From contig OZ242011.1 in assembly GCA_965204755.1 (NCBI GenBank), positions 3,911,859-3,975,858 on the forward strand: DNA of 64,000 bases. Reading direction: 5' to 3'. Below are positions 19,825 through 29,770 of this stretch, piece after piece. How positions within the stretch are numbered: the first letter of the stretch is position 1; each line of letters opens with the position of its first letter. The notes under the pieces were generated by a model, which made no database searches, had not been told where the DNA came from, and saw only the letters and a list, made by a program, of their open reading frames with translations. Origin of the DNA: Candidatus Marinacidobacterium sp. (GTDB taxonomy: Bacteria > Acidobacteriota > Vicinamibacteria > Marinacidobacterales > Marinacidobacteraceae). The position numbers were made by a program, and so were the translations under genes.

Positions 19825-21393
19825 GTGCAGATCCTCCGCAGTTACCTCGCCGGGGAATGGCGGGCCGCCGGCGGGCCGGAGCGGCTCCTCACCGACCCGG
19901 TCACCGGCGAACCCGCGGCCCGAATGGGCGGGGATGCCGGCGGGGGCCCCGACCTCGGAGCCGCCCTCGCCTGGGGCCGGGAGCGCGGCGGCGCGGCGCT
20001 CCGCGCGCTGGACTTCCGGGCCCGGGGCGAACTCGTTTCCCGACTGGCCGGCGCACTGAAGGAGCACCGACCGGAGTTCCGGCGCCTCGCCCGCGCCTAC
20101 GGGGCGACCGACGCCGACGCCCGCCACGATGTGGACGGGGGCGTCTCCACCCTCGCCTACTACGGCCGCCTGGGGACTTCCTCCCTGCCCCCGGCGTCGT
20201 TCCTGCCCGACGGCGAGGAGGAACCCCTTTCGCGCGGCGGCGGGTTCGCCGGGAGGCATCTGCTCGCGCCCCGCCACGGGATCGCCGTCCAGATCAACGC
20301 CTACAACTTCCCCGGCTGGGGGCCGCTCGAGAAACTGGGGCCCGCGCTCCTCGCCGGCGTTCCGACCCTGGTCAAGCCCGCCACCCGGACGGCGGCCCTC
20401 ACCTGCCGGATCGTCGAACGGCTGCTCGAGTCGGGCGGGTTGCCCGAGGGGTGTCTCCAGTTGCTGGTCGGGAGCGCCGGCGACCTGCTCGACCACCTCG
20501 ACGGGCAGGACTTGGTGCTCTTCACCGGCTCCGCCGAAACCGGGAACATGGTCCGCTCGCACCCGCGGGTGGTGGAGCGGTCGGTCCGGGTGAACATCGA
20601 AGCCGACTCGCTGAACGCCGCGGTTCTCGGCCCGGACGGCGCACCGGGAACGCCGGCGCGGGAGGCCCTGGTCGCCGAGACGCGCCGCGAAGTCGCCGTG
20701 AAGGCCGGGCAGAAGTGCACGGCGATCCGCCGCGTCCTCGCTCCCGCCGCGGAGGCGGACCGCCTCGCCGAGGAGATCGGCGCCGCCCTCCGCGGAATCC
20801 GGGTGGGCGATCCCCGCGACCCGGACACCGAGATGGGGCCGCTCGTGGACGAGGAGGCTGCCGCCGCGGCGTGGGAGGGCCTGCGCCGACTGGCGGGCGA
20901 GACGGAGGTGGTCGCGGAGGGCGCCTTGCCGCAGGACGCCTCCGGGGCTTTCTTCCCCCCGGTGGCGCTCCGCCTCCGCCCGGACGCCCGGCCGGACGCG
21001 GTCCATCGGGTCGAGATCTTCGGGCCGGTGGTCACCGTGCTCCCCTACCGGGACGAGGAGGACGCGGCGGCGGCCTGCCGGGCCGGCGGCGGCAGTCTGG
21101 TCACTTCGGTGTTCAGCGGGGACGCGGCCTTCCTCGGACGGTTCACCCGGGCGGTGGCGCCCTGGAACGGCCGGGTGATGACGATGTCGGGCCGCGCGCT
21201 CGGGGAGACCACCGGGCACGGGATCGCCGTGCCGCAGTTGGCGCACGGCGGCCCCGGCCGGGCCGGCGGCGGCGAGGAGTTGGGCGGTCTCCGGGCGCTC
21301 CGCCCGTTCCTCCAACGCTGCGCCGTCCAGGGCGACCCCGCCTTCCTCGCCGAGTGTTTCGCCGAAGGGGGCGCGGCGGCCTCCGACGGATGA
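19825..21393 (+). CDS. PaaZ/BoxD-like aldehyde dehydrogenase (no MaoC domain)
   Basis: INAYNFP, VKPAT, FTGSA, EADSLN, KAGQKCTAIRR, VEIFGPV, HGGPGRAGGGEELGG. Confidence 0.88.
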   Translation: MQILRSYLAGEWRAAGGPERLLTDPVTGEPAARMGGDAGGGPDLGAALAWGRERGGAALRALDFRARGELVSRLAGALKEHRPEFRRLARAYGATDADARHDVDGGVSTLAYYGRLGTSSLPPASFLPDGEEEPLSRGGGFAGRHLLAPRHGIAVQINAYNFPGWGPLEKLGPALLAGVPTLVKPATRTAALTCRIVERLLESGGLPEGCLQLLVGSAGDLLDHLDGQDLVLFTGSAETGNMVRSHPRVVERSVRVNIEADSLNAAVLGPDGAPGTPAREALVAETRREVAVKAGQKCTAIRRVLAPAAEADRLAEEIGAALRGIRVGDPRDPDTEMGPLVDEEAAAAAWEGLRRLAGETEVVAEGALPQDASGAFFPPVALRLRPDARPDAVHRVEIFGPVVTVLPYRDEEDAAAACRAGGGSLVTSVFSGDAAFLGRFTRAVAPWNGRVMTMSGRALGETTGHGIAVPQLAHGGPGRAGGGEELGGLRALRPFLQRCAVQGDPAFLAECFAEGGAAASDG

Positions 21394-22298
21394 GGCATTC
21401 CGAGCACATCCCCTTCGGCGGCCTGTTCGCCCCGCCCGGCGCGGAAGGGGCCGCCCGGGTCTCCCTCCTCGGCGTCAAGGACGCCACCCAGTCGAGTTGC
21501 GAGGACCGCTGCGCCTCCGCCCCGCCGCTCATCCGCGCCGCCTACGACGGCTCCTGTTTCAACCCCTCGGCCGAGTCGGGGGTGGACTGCGCCGGCCGGG
21601 TCCTCGACCGGGGGGACCTCGAACCCTCCGGAGAGGGGTTCCCGGCGGACGCGGCGCGGTACCGGGACGCGGTGCGGGAGGAACTCGCGCAGGGCCGGAC
21701 GCCCTTCATCCTCGGCGGCGACCACGCGATCACGCCGGCCCTGGTGGCCGCCTACGAGGACCGCGACTTCCCGGGGGGCGGGCTGCATGTCGCGCAGTGG
21801 GACGCCCACCCGGACATGCACCCCGACTTCGACGGCAATCCCCACTCCCACGCCTGCGTGGCCGCCCGGCTGCTCGAACTTCCCCACCTCGCGAGCCTCA
21901 CCCAGATCGGCATCCGGACGGAGACGGCGCTCCAGCGGAGCGTGCGCGACGCCGCCCCGATCCCGATCTCCACGATCACCGCGCGGGAGGCGGAGCGCCG
22001 CTCCGGCGCCCTCCTCTCCGGGATTCCCCGAGGCGCGGCGCTCTACCTGACCGTGGACCTCGACGGCTTCGACCCGGCATTCGCCCCGGGCGTGGCCCAC
22101 CCCGTCCCCGGAGGGCTGAGCGCCCGCGCCGGGCTCGACCTGGTCCACGAGATCGGGGAGCGCGGACTGCGCCTGGTGGGCATGGATGTGGTGGAAGCCT
22201 GCCCCCGCCCCGGCGACGACCGCACCCTCGTCCTCGCCGCCCGGCTGGTCCACGAAGCGATGGCCTTGGTGCTGTCCGTCGAGGGCGGCCGGACCTGA
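21390..22298 (+). CDS. Agmatinase/arginase (ureohydrolase) family protein
   Basis: LGGDHAIT, DAHPD, SHAC, QIGIR, TVDLDGFDPAFAPGV, GMDVVE. Confidence 0.9.
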   Translation: MRHSEHIPFGGLFAPPGAEGAARVSLLGVKDATQSSCEDRCASAPPLIRAAYDGSCFNPSAESGVDCAGRVLDRGDLEPSGEGFPADAARYRDAVREELAQGRTPFILGGDHAITPALVAAYEDRDFPGGGLHVAQWDAHPDMHPDFDGNPHSHACVAARLLELPHLASLTQIGIRTETALQRSVRDAAPIPISTITAREAERRSGALLSGIPRGAALYLTVDLDGFDPAFAPGVAHPVPGGLSARAGLDLVHEIGERGLRLVGMDVVEACPRPGDDRTLVLAARLVHEAMALVLSVEGGRT

Positions 22299-22565
22299 CC
22301 GACCTGACCTGAACTTCCCGGCCTGACCGACCCGGCCTGACCCCGGGCCGTCGCCGACGGTCGGCCGCACCATCACGCCCGGCCCCCGGGGCGCGCCGGC
22401 GGCGTGCGCCGGTTACGGGTACCCGACCGAGTTTTCCGAAACGGAGGTACCGGGCGGGCAGATCTTCCGCCGCTTCCCGTCCTTCGGAAGCGTGGAACGG
22501 CCCGCCCCCCGCGCCGCCCGACTCCGCGGCCTCGCCGATCGGGAAGCCCCCCGGCGAACGCCCCC

Positions 22566-22948
22566 GTGAGCGCGGCGGCCGGCGCCGGGCCGATTCCCGG
22601 CCTCCTCGACCTCCTCCGGCGGGAGCGGCGGATCCCCGCCGAAGCCGAGTCCGCCCTCGATCGCATCGGGGCGCTGCCCCCCGAAGCCCACCAGCAGGCG
22701 CTCCTCGCCGAGGGGATCGTCTCCGAGGAGGACATCGCGCAGACCGTGGCCCGGGACACCGGCCTCCCGTTCCGGGCGATCGACCCGGTGGAGTTGAACG
22801 CCGAAGTGGTCACCGGCGCGCTGCCGGCGCCCTTCGCCCGCCGCCACACCATCTGCGCGCTCTCCAAGCAGGGCGGGGCGCTCACCGTCGCCGTCGCGAA
22901 CCCTTACGAGCGCAGCGCCATAGACGACCTCGAGCGGTACCTGGGCAT
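22566..22948 (+). pseudogene. 5' fragment of a GspE/PilB ATPase gene, cut by IS1634
   Basis: LLAEGIVSEEDIAQ...FARRH...VAVANP (N-terminal domain) ends at the IS left end; start approximate. Confidence 0.75.
22665..22948 (+). repeat. 284-bp target-site duplication, left copy
   Basis: Reads identical to 24861-25144. Confidence 0.92.
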
Positions 22949-24860
22949 CTTGACTTCGACGGTTTGGCTTTGTAAGTGGTTGACAGTTGGGGATTTGGTT
23001 TCGTAGGCACACTACAACCGGGGGGAGTCCGGCGGTGGGGTGTCGGAGGTCAGGCGACTTCGCGGAGTCGCCTCGGGGGTGGAACCGGCGTGGCCCGCCG
23101 GGGCAGTCGCAGGCCCACCAGCCGGTAGATCCGCTCCGCCTCCGGGGTGGCCTTCGAGGGCAGGAAGAACCACTCGTTCGTGCCCCGGTCGCAGCCGTGG
23201 GAGACCTCCACCCGGAGCAGTTCCCGCAGTAGCCGCTCCTCGCTCAGCGGCGCCTCCGGGTAGGCCCGGGCGTAACGCCAGCGCAGCAACCGGAGCAGCG
23301 CGAAGGCGGCGTAGCAGATCGCCAGGTGCGCCCGCACCCGCCGCTCCGTCCAGTGGAACACCGGGCGCACTTCCAGCGTGCCCTTCAGCACCCGGAACCC
23401 CTGCTCGATCCGCCACAACCCCCCGTAGTGCGCCCGGATCTCCGCCGGCGGGTCCGCCAGGCTGGTGAACACCCCGTGGAGCCCGTCGAACCGCGCGTCC
23501 CGTTCCACCAGATCCGGGTCGAACCGCACCGCGTCCCGCCGCACCCGCAGGTAGCGCGCGGCCCGCCCCTTCCCCTTCACCCCCGACGCCTCCCGCTTCT
23601 TCGCCTGCTTCACCGCCTTCGCCCGGAGCCCCGCGTCCCGCTCCGCCTTCTTCGGGCAGTAACGCACCACCAGCCGAAGCCCCCGCAGCGCCCCCTCCTC
23701 CGCCCGGTGCTCCCGCAGCCGCTGCCCCGCCTCCCCCGAAGCCGCCCAAGACTCCGGCTCCGCCAGCGCCGCCAGGTCCTTCCCCCGCAACTGGCGGAGC
23801 TTCGCCGCCACCACCCACTCGAAACCGGCCGCCGTCAACGCCTCCAGGTTCTTCGTCCCCAGCATCGCCGCGTCCGCCACCACCACCACCCGGCCGATCC
23901 GGTACCGCTCCCGCAACTCCCCCACCAACGGAAGCAGCGTCTTCACCTCCGCCGTGTTCCCCGGGAACACCCGATACCCCAGCGGCAAACCCTCCCGCGT
24001 CTGCAACAGCGCCAGCACCACCTGCACCCGGTGCGGCTTCTGGTCCTTGCTGTACCCCTTCGCCCGCAACCCGTCCTCCTGCTCCGAGGCGAACGAAAGG
24101 GTGGTCACATCCATGAACACCACCTCCACCTCGCCCCCCAGCAGCCGCCGAACCTGCGTCCCCACCCGGGCGGTGAGCCGCGCGATCCGCTCCCCGTCCA
24201 GCCGGTCCATCATCCGGTAGAACTTCTCCACCGGGATCTCCAGCCCGTAGTTCCGCTGCGGGTCCTGCGCGTGGCCCCGCTTGCTCCGGCCCGGCTCCGC
24301 CAGCCGCAGCATCACCGCATGCCGGAACACCCGACCGGACACCGGGTGCCCCGCACCCCACACCCCGTCCAGTCCGGCCTCGCTCCAGAGCGCGCCGAAC
24401 ACCTCGTGCACCCCCAGGGTCAGGCGGGCCTCCTCCTGCAGTTGGCTCACCTCCGACAACCGCGCCCGGCGCGTCCGCCGGTCCTGGCGGGCCTCCAGCG
24501 CCTGGCGCAGCAGCAGGTCGGTGGGGAACAGGGTGGGCCGACGGGCCAGCCGGAGTTCGGCCACCTTCCTCTCGGCCACTTCGACCAGGGCGTCGAGGGC
24601 CGGGCCTTCCGGGGCGGAGCCGATGGAGACCATCAGTTCCTGCCGGGGCCGGCCGCGGGCGTCGCGGAAGGACCGGACGATCTGGACGCCGACGCCGGGC
24701 CGGTTCTTCCGGCGGAACTTGCGGACGAACACGCGGGAATGATAGCAGTAAGTTACTCATCACCAAATACCACGGCACACTACAAACCGGATCCAAGCTG
24801 CCGCCCCAAGGGCACCAAGGACTTCCCGGTCTCAGACCGGGCTAAACCGTCGAAGTCGAG
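22949..24860 (-). mobile_element. IS1634-family insertion sequence (1912 bp)
   Basis: Terminal IRs CTTGACTTCGACGGTTTGGC and GCTAAACCGTCGAAGTCGAG (18/20 match), one DDE transposase, long flanking direct repeat. Confidence 0.92.
23050..24732 (-). CDS. IS1634-family DDE transposase
   Basis: VQIVRSFR, FMDVTTLSF, GYSKD, FPGNTAE, VADAAM, LWRIEQGFRVLK, RPVFHWTERRVRAH. Confidence 0.93.
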   Translation of the reverse strand: MFVRKFRRKNRPGVGVQIVRSFRDARGRPRQELMVSIGSAPEGPALDALVEVAERKVAELRLARRPTLFPTDLLLRQALEARQDRRTRRARLSEVSQLQEEARLTLGVHEVFGALWSEAGLDGVWGAGHPVSGRVFRHAVMLRLAEPGRSKRGHAQDPQRNYGLEIPVEKFYRMMDRLDGERIARLTARVGTQVRRLLGGEVEVVFMDVTTLSFASEQEDGLRAKGYSKDQKPHRVQVVLALLQTREGLPLGYRVFPGNTAEVKTLLPLVGELRERYRIGRVVVVADAAMLGTKNLEALTAAGFEWVVAAKLRQLRGKDLAALAEPESWAASGEAGQRLREHRAEEGALRGLRLVVRYCPKKAERDAGLRAKAVKQAKKREASGVKGKGRAARYLRVRRDAVRFDPDLVERDARFDGLHGVFTSLADPPAEIRAHYGGLWRIEQGFRVLKGTLEVRPVFHWTERRVRAHLAICYAAFALLRLLRWRYARAYPEAPLSEERLLRELLRVEVSHGCDRGTNEWFFLPSKATPEAERIYRLVGLRLPRRATPVPPPRRLREVA

Positions 24861-25144
24861 ATCGGGGCGCTGCCCCCCGAAGCCCACCAGCAGGCGCTCC
24901 TCGCCGAGGGGATCGTCTCCGAGGAGGACATCGCGCAGACCGTGGCCCGGGACACCGGCCTCCCGTTCCGGGCGATCGACCCGGTGGAGTTGAACGCCGA
25001 AGTGGTCACCGGCGCGCTGCCGGCGCCCTTCGCCCGCCGCCACACCATCTGCGCGCTCTCCAAGCAGGGCGGGGCGCTCACCGTCGCCGTCGCGAACCCT
25101 TACGAGCGCAGCGCCATAGACGACCTCGAGCGGTACCTGGGCAT
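24861..25144 (+). repeat. 284-bp target-site duplication, right copy
   Basis: Reads identical to 22665-22948. Confidence 0.92.
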
Positions 25145-27866
25145 CGAGGTGGAAGTCGTCGTCTCCACCCGGTCGGACATCGAGAGCGTGAACGGCAGCC
25201 TCTACAACCTCCGGACTTCGCTCCGCGCGGCCGAGACCGAACTCGAAGACCAGAGCGGCGGCGAGGAGGTTTCCGACCGGGACTTCGTCTCGGAGGCCGA
25301 CGCCGCCGGCGACCTCGAACCGACCACCCGCCCGGTCGTGTCGGCGCTCGACTCCATCCTGCGCCAGGCCTTCGAGCACCGCGCCTCCGACATCCACATC
25401 GAACCCAAGCGCGACCGCGCCGTCGTCCGCTTCCGGGTGGACGGCGTGCTGCGCACCATGCACACCTTCCCCCGGATCGTCTATCGCGCCGTCGTCAGCC
25501 GGATCAAGATGCTCAGCGGACTCGACATCGCCGAAAAGCGCCGGCCCCAGGACGGCCGCTTCAAGCGGGTCGAACCGGAGAAGGAGATCGAACTGCGGGT
25601 CTCGACGCTGCCGACGGTCTTCGGGGAAAAGGCCGTCCTGCGGGTCTTCGACCCGGCCGCGCTGGTCTCCACGCTCGAAGAACTCCGCCTCGCCGAGGAC
25701 GAGGACGCCCGCCTGCGGGCGATGCTGGGCCGCCGGGAGGGGCTCGTCCTCGTCACCGGCCCCACCGGGAGCGGTAAGACGACCACCCTCTACTCGGTCC
25801 TCCGGCAGGTGGCGACCCCGGAAGTGAATGTGATCACCATCGAGGACCCGGTGGAGTTGATCCAGCCGGCCCTGAGCCAGGTGCAGGTCCACCACCGGAT
25901 CGAGTTCACCTTCGCCGCCGCGATCCGGAGCGTCCTCCGCCAGGACCCCGACATCCTGATGGTGGGCGAGATCCGGGATCCGGAAACGGCGGAGATGGCG
26001 GTCCAGGCGGCGCTGACCGGCCACCTGGTGCTCTCCACGCTCCACACGAACGACGCCGCCTCGTCCGTGACCCGACTCACCGACCTGGGCGTGCCGCGTT
26101 TCCTGGTCAGCACGACCCTGGTCGGCGTCCTCGCGCAGCGGCTGGTGCGCACGGTCTGTCCCCGGTGCGCCGAAGCGGTCCCCGTCACGGCGGCGGAGGC
26201 GGCGGCGCTGGGCGTCCCGGAACTCGCCGGGCGGAGGACCCGCCGGGGCCGGGGCTGCGCGCGGTGCCGCGAGAGCGGCTACCGCGGCCGCCGCGGAGTG
26301 TTCGAGGTCCTCTCCGTGGACCCGGGCGCTTCGGCCCGGATCCTCGGCGGCGCGGACGCGGCGGAGATCGCCCGCTACGCCCGCCACCGGGGTTGCCGGA
26401 GCCTCCGGCAGTCGGCGCTCCGGCTGCTGCTCGCCGGGGAGACCACCACCGCCGAGGTCGTCCGCGTCACCGGCGCCGGGAAGGACCCGGACGCCGGCGG
26501 AGGAGCCGCGCCGGCGGCGGAAGAAGACGCTCCCGGCGGAATTCCGGGGGAATGGTCAGAGACCGAGCGCGCGGCTCGCGACCAAGAGGAGCGCCGGGAC
26601 CCCGTAGAACAGGGCGAGGACATAACCGACAGCCGCCGCCCGGCTCCGGACGGCGACTCCCGCCAGCCGCCGCGCGCCGGCCAGGGGCATCCCCCGGACG
26701 CGCCGCCACGGGTAGATCAACCCGATCCCGAGCAGGTTGAACAGCAGGTGCACCACGGCGATCCGGAAGCCCCAGGCGGCGTTCGGGCCGGAGACCGCGA
26801 GGGCGGCGAGGAACGCGGTGACCGTGGTTCCGACATTCGCGCCGAGGGTCACCGGGAAGGCGTCGTCGAGGAGGAGCAGTCCGGCGCCGGCCAGCGGGAC
26901 GAGCATCGAGGTCGTCACCGAACTCGACTGCACGACCATGGTGACCAGGGCGCCGACGGCCATCGTGAGGACCGCGTTCCGGCCGAGCACCCGGTGGAGC
27001 GACTCCCGGGCGCCGCCCCCGGCGAGCCCGCCCAGCGTCCTCACGATCATTCCCAGACTCACGACGATCAGGGCCGCGGAGAGCAAGGTGAGCAGCGCCG
27101 CCGATCCGGCCCCCGCCCCGGCGACCGCCTGCGAGAGGCGGGAGAGCGCTTCGCCGGGGAGGGAGATCAGGCTCGAGAGCGGGCTCCGGTAGGTGAATCC
27201 GGCGCCGGAGAAGACGCCGAAGAGATCGAGCGCGGCCGTCGAGAGGCGGGCGAGGAACCCGGTGGCCATCTCCGCCGGCAGCAGGATCGCCACCGCCATC
27301 AGGTTGAACAGGTCGTGGCAGGTGGCCACCTCGAAGGCCCGCCGCAGCGGCTCGCGGTCCCGCAGGTGGCCGAGCGCGGCCAGGGTGTTCGTGACCGTGG
27401 TGCCGATGTTCGCCCCCATGACCATGGGGATCGCGCTCTCGAACGGCAGGGGGGATTCGGGCGCCGCCACCAGGGCGACGATGAGCGAACTGGTTACCGA
27501 GGAACTCTGGACCACCGTCGTGGCCAGCATCCCCACGAAGAGCCCCACGAAGGGGTTTTCGGAGGCTCGGAAGAACCGGTCGAGGAGTCCCGACCCGAGA
27601 CCCTGGAACCCGTCGCTGAGACCGCTGATCCCGCCGAGGAAGAGGAAGAAGAGTCCCGCGAGCGCGAGCAGGCGGTGGCCCGTCCCGCCCCGGAACGGGC
27701 CCCCGCGGCTGCCTTCGGCGGTCACTCCCCGAGGGCCCGCGGCGGCCCGGAAACGGGACGGGGCGCCGGAGCCTCCGGGAGACGGGCGCCGGCCGCCGAC
27801 GAGCCTCGCTCAGGGACGGCCGCTCGAGCCACCGTGGGTCGTTTCCGGTTCGAGTGGGAAGCGTGA
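24942..27866 (+). CDS. GspE/PilB-family secretion/pilus ATPase, 3' part. Homology ends near 26475 but the frame stays open to 27866.
   Basis: ASDIHIEP, PQDGR, GPTGSGKTTT, TIEDPVE, LRQDPDILMVGEIRD, TGHLVLSTLHTND, CPRC...CARC. Confidence 0.8.
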   Translation: MARDTGLPFRAIDPVELNAEVVTGALPAPFARRHTICALSKQGGALTVAVANPYERSAIDDLERYLGIEVEVVVSTRSDIESVNGSLYNLRTSLRAAETELEDQSGGEEVSDRDFVSEADAAGDLEPTTRPVVSALDSILRQAFEHRASDIHIEPKRDRAVVRFRVDGVLRTMHTFPRIVYRAVVSRIKMLSGLDIAEKRRPQDGRFKRVEPEKEIELRVSTLPTVFGEKAVLRVFDPAALVSTLEELRLAEDEDARLRAMLGRREGLVLVTGPTGSGKTTTLYSVLRQVATPEVNVITIEDPVELIQPALSQVQVHHRIEFTFAAAIRSVLRQDPDILMVGEIRDPETAEMAVQAALTGHLVLSTLHTNDAASSVTRLTDLGVPRFLVSTTLVGVLAQRLVRTVCPRCAEAVPVTAAEAAALGVPELAGRRTRRGRGCARCRESGYRGRRGVFEVLSVDPGASARILGGADAAEIARYARHRGCRSLRQSALRLLLAGETTTAEVVRVTGAGKDPDAGGGAAPAAEEDAPGGIPGEWSETERAARDQEERRDPVEQGEDITDSRRPAPDGDSRQPPRAGQGHPPDAPPRVDQPDPEQVEQQVHHGDPEAPGGVRAGDREGGEERGDRGSDIRAEGHREGVVEEEQSGAGQRDEHRGRHRTRLHDHGDQGADGHREDRVPAEHPVERLPGAAPGEPAQRPHDHSQTHDDQGRGEQGEQRRRSGPRPGDRLREAGERFAGEGDQARERAPVGESGAGEDAEEIERGRREAGEEPGGHLRRQQDRHRHQVEQVVAGGHLEGPPQRLAVPQVAERGQGVRDRGADVRPHDHGDRALERQGGFGRRHQGDDERTGYRGTLDHRRGQHPHEEPHEGVFGGSEEPVEESRPETLEPVAETADPAEEEEEESREREQAVARPAPERAPAAAFGGHSPRARGGPETGRGAGASGRRAPAADEPRSGTAARATVGRFRFEWEA
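26556..27725 (-). CDS. Na+/Pi cotransporter (NptA-like)
   Basis: Two repeats of VQSSSVT..GAN(I/V)GTTVT; HDLFN and HLLFN; multiple TM segments. Confidence 0.92.
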   Translation of the reverse strand: MTAEGSRGGPFRGGTGHRLLALAGLFFLFLGGISGLSDGFQGLGSGLLDRFFRASENPFVGLFVGMLATTVVQSSSVTSSLIVALVAAPESPLPFESAIPMVMGANIGTTVTNTLAALGHLRDREPLRRAFEVATCHDLFNLMAVAILLPAEMATGFLARLSTAALDLFGVFSGAGFTYRSPLSSLISLPGEALSRLSQAVAGAGAGSAALLTLLSAALIVVSLGMIVRTLGGLAGGGARESLHRVLGRNAVLTMAVGALVTMVVQSSSVTTSMLVPLAGAGLLLLDDAFPVTLGANVGTTVTAFLAALAVSGPNAAWGFRIAVVHLLFNLLGIGLIYPWRRVRGMPLAGARRLAGVAVRSRAAAVGYVLALFYGVPALLLVASRALGL

Positions 27867-27965
27867 GATCGGCGGGCGCCGCTCCCGGCCGGAGCGGCGG
27901 CGGAGACTAGCCGAACCGGGCCGGAGGGAGGAAGAGCCCCGCCGGGCCCGGTTCGCCCGGAGGAG

Positions 27966-29504
27966 TTACTCCGGCGTTTCCACGAAGACGAACGACCTCG
28001 CCCACTCGCCGGAGCCGAGCCGCCGGGCCACCCAGAGCGCGACCGTCTCCCCGGATTCCACCGAAGCGAGCGCCCCCCGGAGGTCCGCTTCGGTCCGCAC
28101 CGCCTCGCCGTTCACTTCCACCAGGATGTGTCCGGGCTCGATCCCGGCCCGTTCGGCGAGTCCGCCCGGCAGGACCCGGCGGACGAGCAGGCCCGTGAAG
28201 GCGATCTCGAGACGCGCCGCGAGTTCCGGGGTCACTTCCTCGCCGAGGACGCCGAACCTCCCGGCCGGCGCGCGCTCGGCGGGCGCGTCGCCCTCCCCGG
28301 CGAGCCGGGCGGCCGCGACGAAGTCCCGCTGCGCGAGGACGACCGGCAGCGTGCGCCGCCGGCGGTCCCGAAGGAACTCGACTTCGCACTCCTCCCCGGG
28401 CCGGGCGTCCGCGACCGCGAACTGGAGGTCGGAACTCGTCTCGATGACGCGCCCGTTGAACCGGACGATGATGTCTCCGGGAACCAGCCCGGCGGCCTTG
28501 GCCGGGGAGTCGTCCCCCGACCAGTCCTCGAGCAGCGCGCCCCGCGTGTCTTCGTCGAGGCCGAACGCCGCCGCGCGGGTCTCGTCGAGTTCGCTGATGC
28601 GGACGCCCAGCCAACCCCGGGTGACTTCGCCTTCGGAGGCCAGGTCGTCGTACACCCGGCGCACCAGGTTCGACGGGATCGCGAACCCGATCCCGATGTT
28701 CCCCGGCAAACCGCCGGTCACCTGGATCACGGTGTTCACCCCGAGCAGGCGTCCGTCGAGGCCGAGCAGCGGCCCCCCGGAGTTGCCGGGGTTGATCGCG
28801 GCGTCGGTCTGGATGAAGTCCTGGTAGTCGCCGCCCAGCACCCGACCCTTGGCGCTCACGATGCCGGCGGTCACCGAATGGCTGTTCCCCAGGGGGTTCC
28901 CGATGGCCAGCACCCAGTCACCGACCCGCACTTCCTCGGAATCGCCCACCGCCAGGTAGGGGAACCGCCGGCCGTCCGCTTCGAGCCGGAGCACCGCCAG
29001 GTCCGTGGGCGGATCCGTGCCGACCACTTCGGCCCCGAGGCGCGTCCCGTCGGCGAGCGTCACCCGGATGCTCGCCGCGCCGTCCACGACATGGTGGTTC
29101 GTGACGACGAGGCCCCCCGGGTCCACGATGGCGCCGGAGCCCCTTCCCATCTGCTGGCCCGGGGGCGGCGTCCCGAAGAACCTCTCGAACCGGGGGTCCA
29201 TCTCGCGCGCCGCCTCGTGCTCCACCAGCAGGCTGACCACGGCCGGCGTCGCCACGCGCGCGACTTCGGCGAAAGAATCCGACAGGTCGAGCGCCGGCGC
29301 CGTCCGCTCGAGTCGCGGGACTTCGGGCGGCGGCGGAATGTCCGCGAGCCGCTGGTAGCCCGGCCGATCCCCGGTGGAGGCGGCGGGCCGCTCCGCCGGC
29401 TGCGCCGAGGCCGTCCGCACCAGACCGGCGCCGGAGTCCTCCGGCGCCGGAACGCACCCGAAGAGAAGCAGCGCCGCCGCGGCGGGAATCAACAGTCGAA
29501 ACAT
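27966..29504 (-). CDS. Do/DegP/DegQ serine protease with two PDZ domains (lipoprotein)
   Basis: TNHHVV, TDLAVL, IQTDAAINPGNSGGPL, GIGFAIP; lipobox LFGC. Confidence 0.93.
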   Translation of the reverse strand: MFRLLIPAAAALLLFGCVPAPEDSGAGLVRTASAQPAERPAASTGDRPGYQRLADIPPPPEVPRLERTAPALDLSDSFAEVARVATPAVVSLLVEHEAAREMDPRFERFFGTPPPGQQMGRGSGAIVDPGGLVVTNHHVVDGAASIRVTLADGTRLGAEVVGTDPPTDLAVLRLEADGRRFPYLAVGDSEEVRVGDWVLAIGNPLGNSHSVTAGIVSAKGRVLGGDYQDFIQTDAAINPGNSGGPLLGLDGRLLGVNTVIQVTGGLPGNIGIGFAIPSNLVRRVYDDLASEGEVTRGWLGVRISELDETRAAAFGLDEDTRGALLEDWSGDDSPAKAAGLVPGDIIVRFNGRVIETSSDLQFAVADARPGEECEVEFLRDRRRRTLPVVLAQRDFVAAARLAGEGDAPAERAPAGRFGVLGEEVTPELAARLEIAFTGLLVRRVLPGGLAERAGIEPGHILVEVNGEAVRTEADLRGALASVESGETVALWVARRLGSGEWARSFVFVETPE

Positions 29505-29584
29505 GGTTCGTGGGGCCTCCGTTCTACCGGCCTCGTCGAACGCCGGAGACCCCGGCGCCCGGAAACGAATTCTGCCCCAAGAGG

Positions 29585-29609
29585 AACGCGGCCGGCGGCG
29601 ACTCGTTCC
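29585..29609 (-). promoter_or_regulatory. Possible ECF-sigma promoter (GGAAC-N16-CGTT) upstream of the DegP-like gene
   Basis: Minus strand GGAAC gagtcgccgccggccg CGTT about 80 bp upstream of the ATG. The motif is also self-complementary, so it may be a hairpin. Confidence 0.3.
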
Positions 29610-29770
29610 GCCGCCGCCCGGCCGCGAAGCCGTCCGGCCGCGAAGCCGTCCGGCCGCTTTCCCGAAAAGCCGCCCTCGGCTTGTCCGCGGGGAGCAGGCC
29701 GGACGCCGCGCCTCGCCGGGCGGGGACGCCGGCGCTCCCCTCCGAAGGAATGCCCGCCCCCGCCGGCGGC

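Noticed and set aside
22665-25144. 284-bp duplication as an assembly artefact
   Set aside because: It abuts the IS inverted repeats exactly and fits known IS1634 behaviour; not fully excludable without reads.
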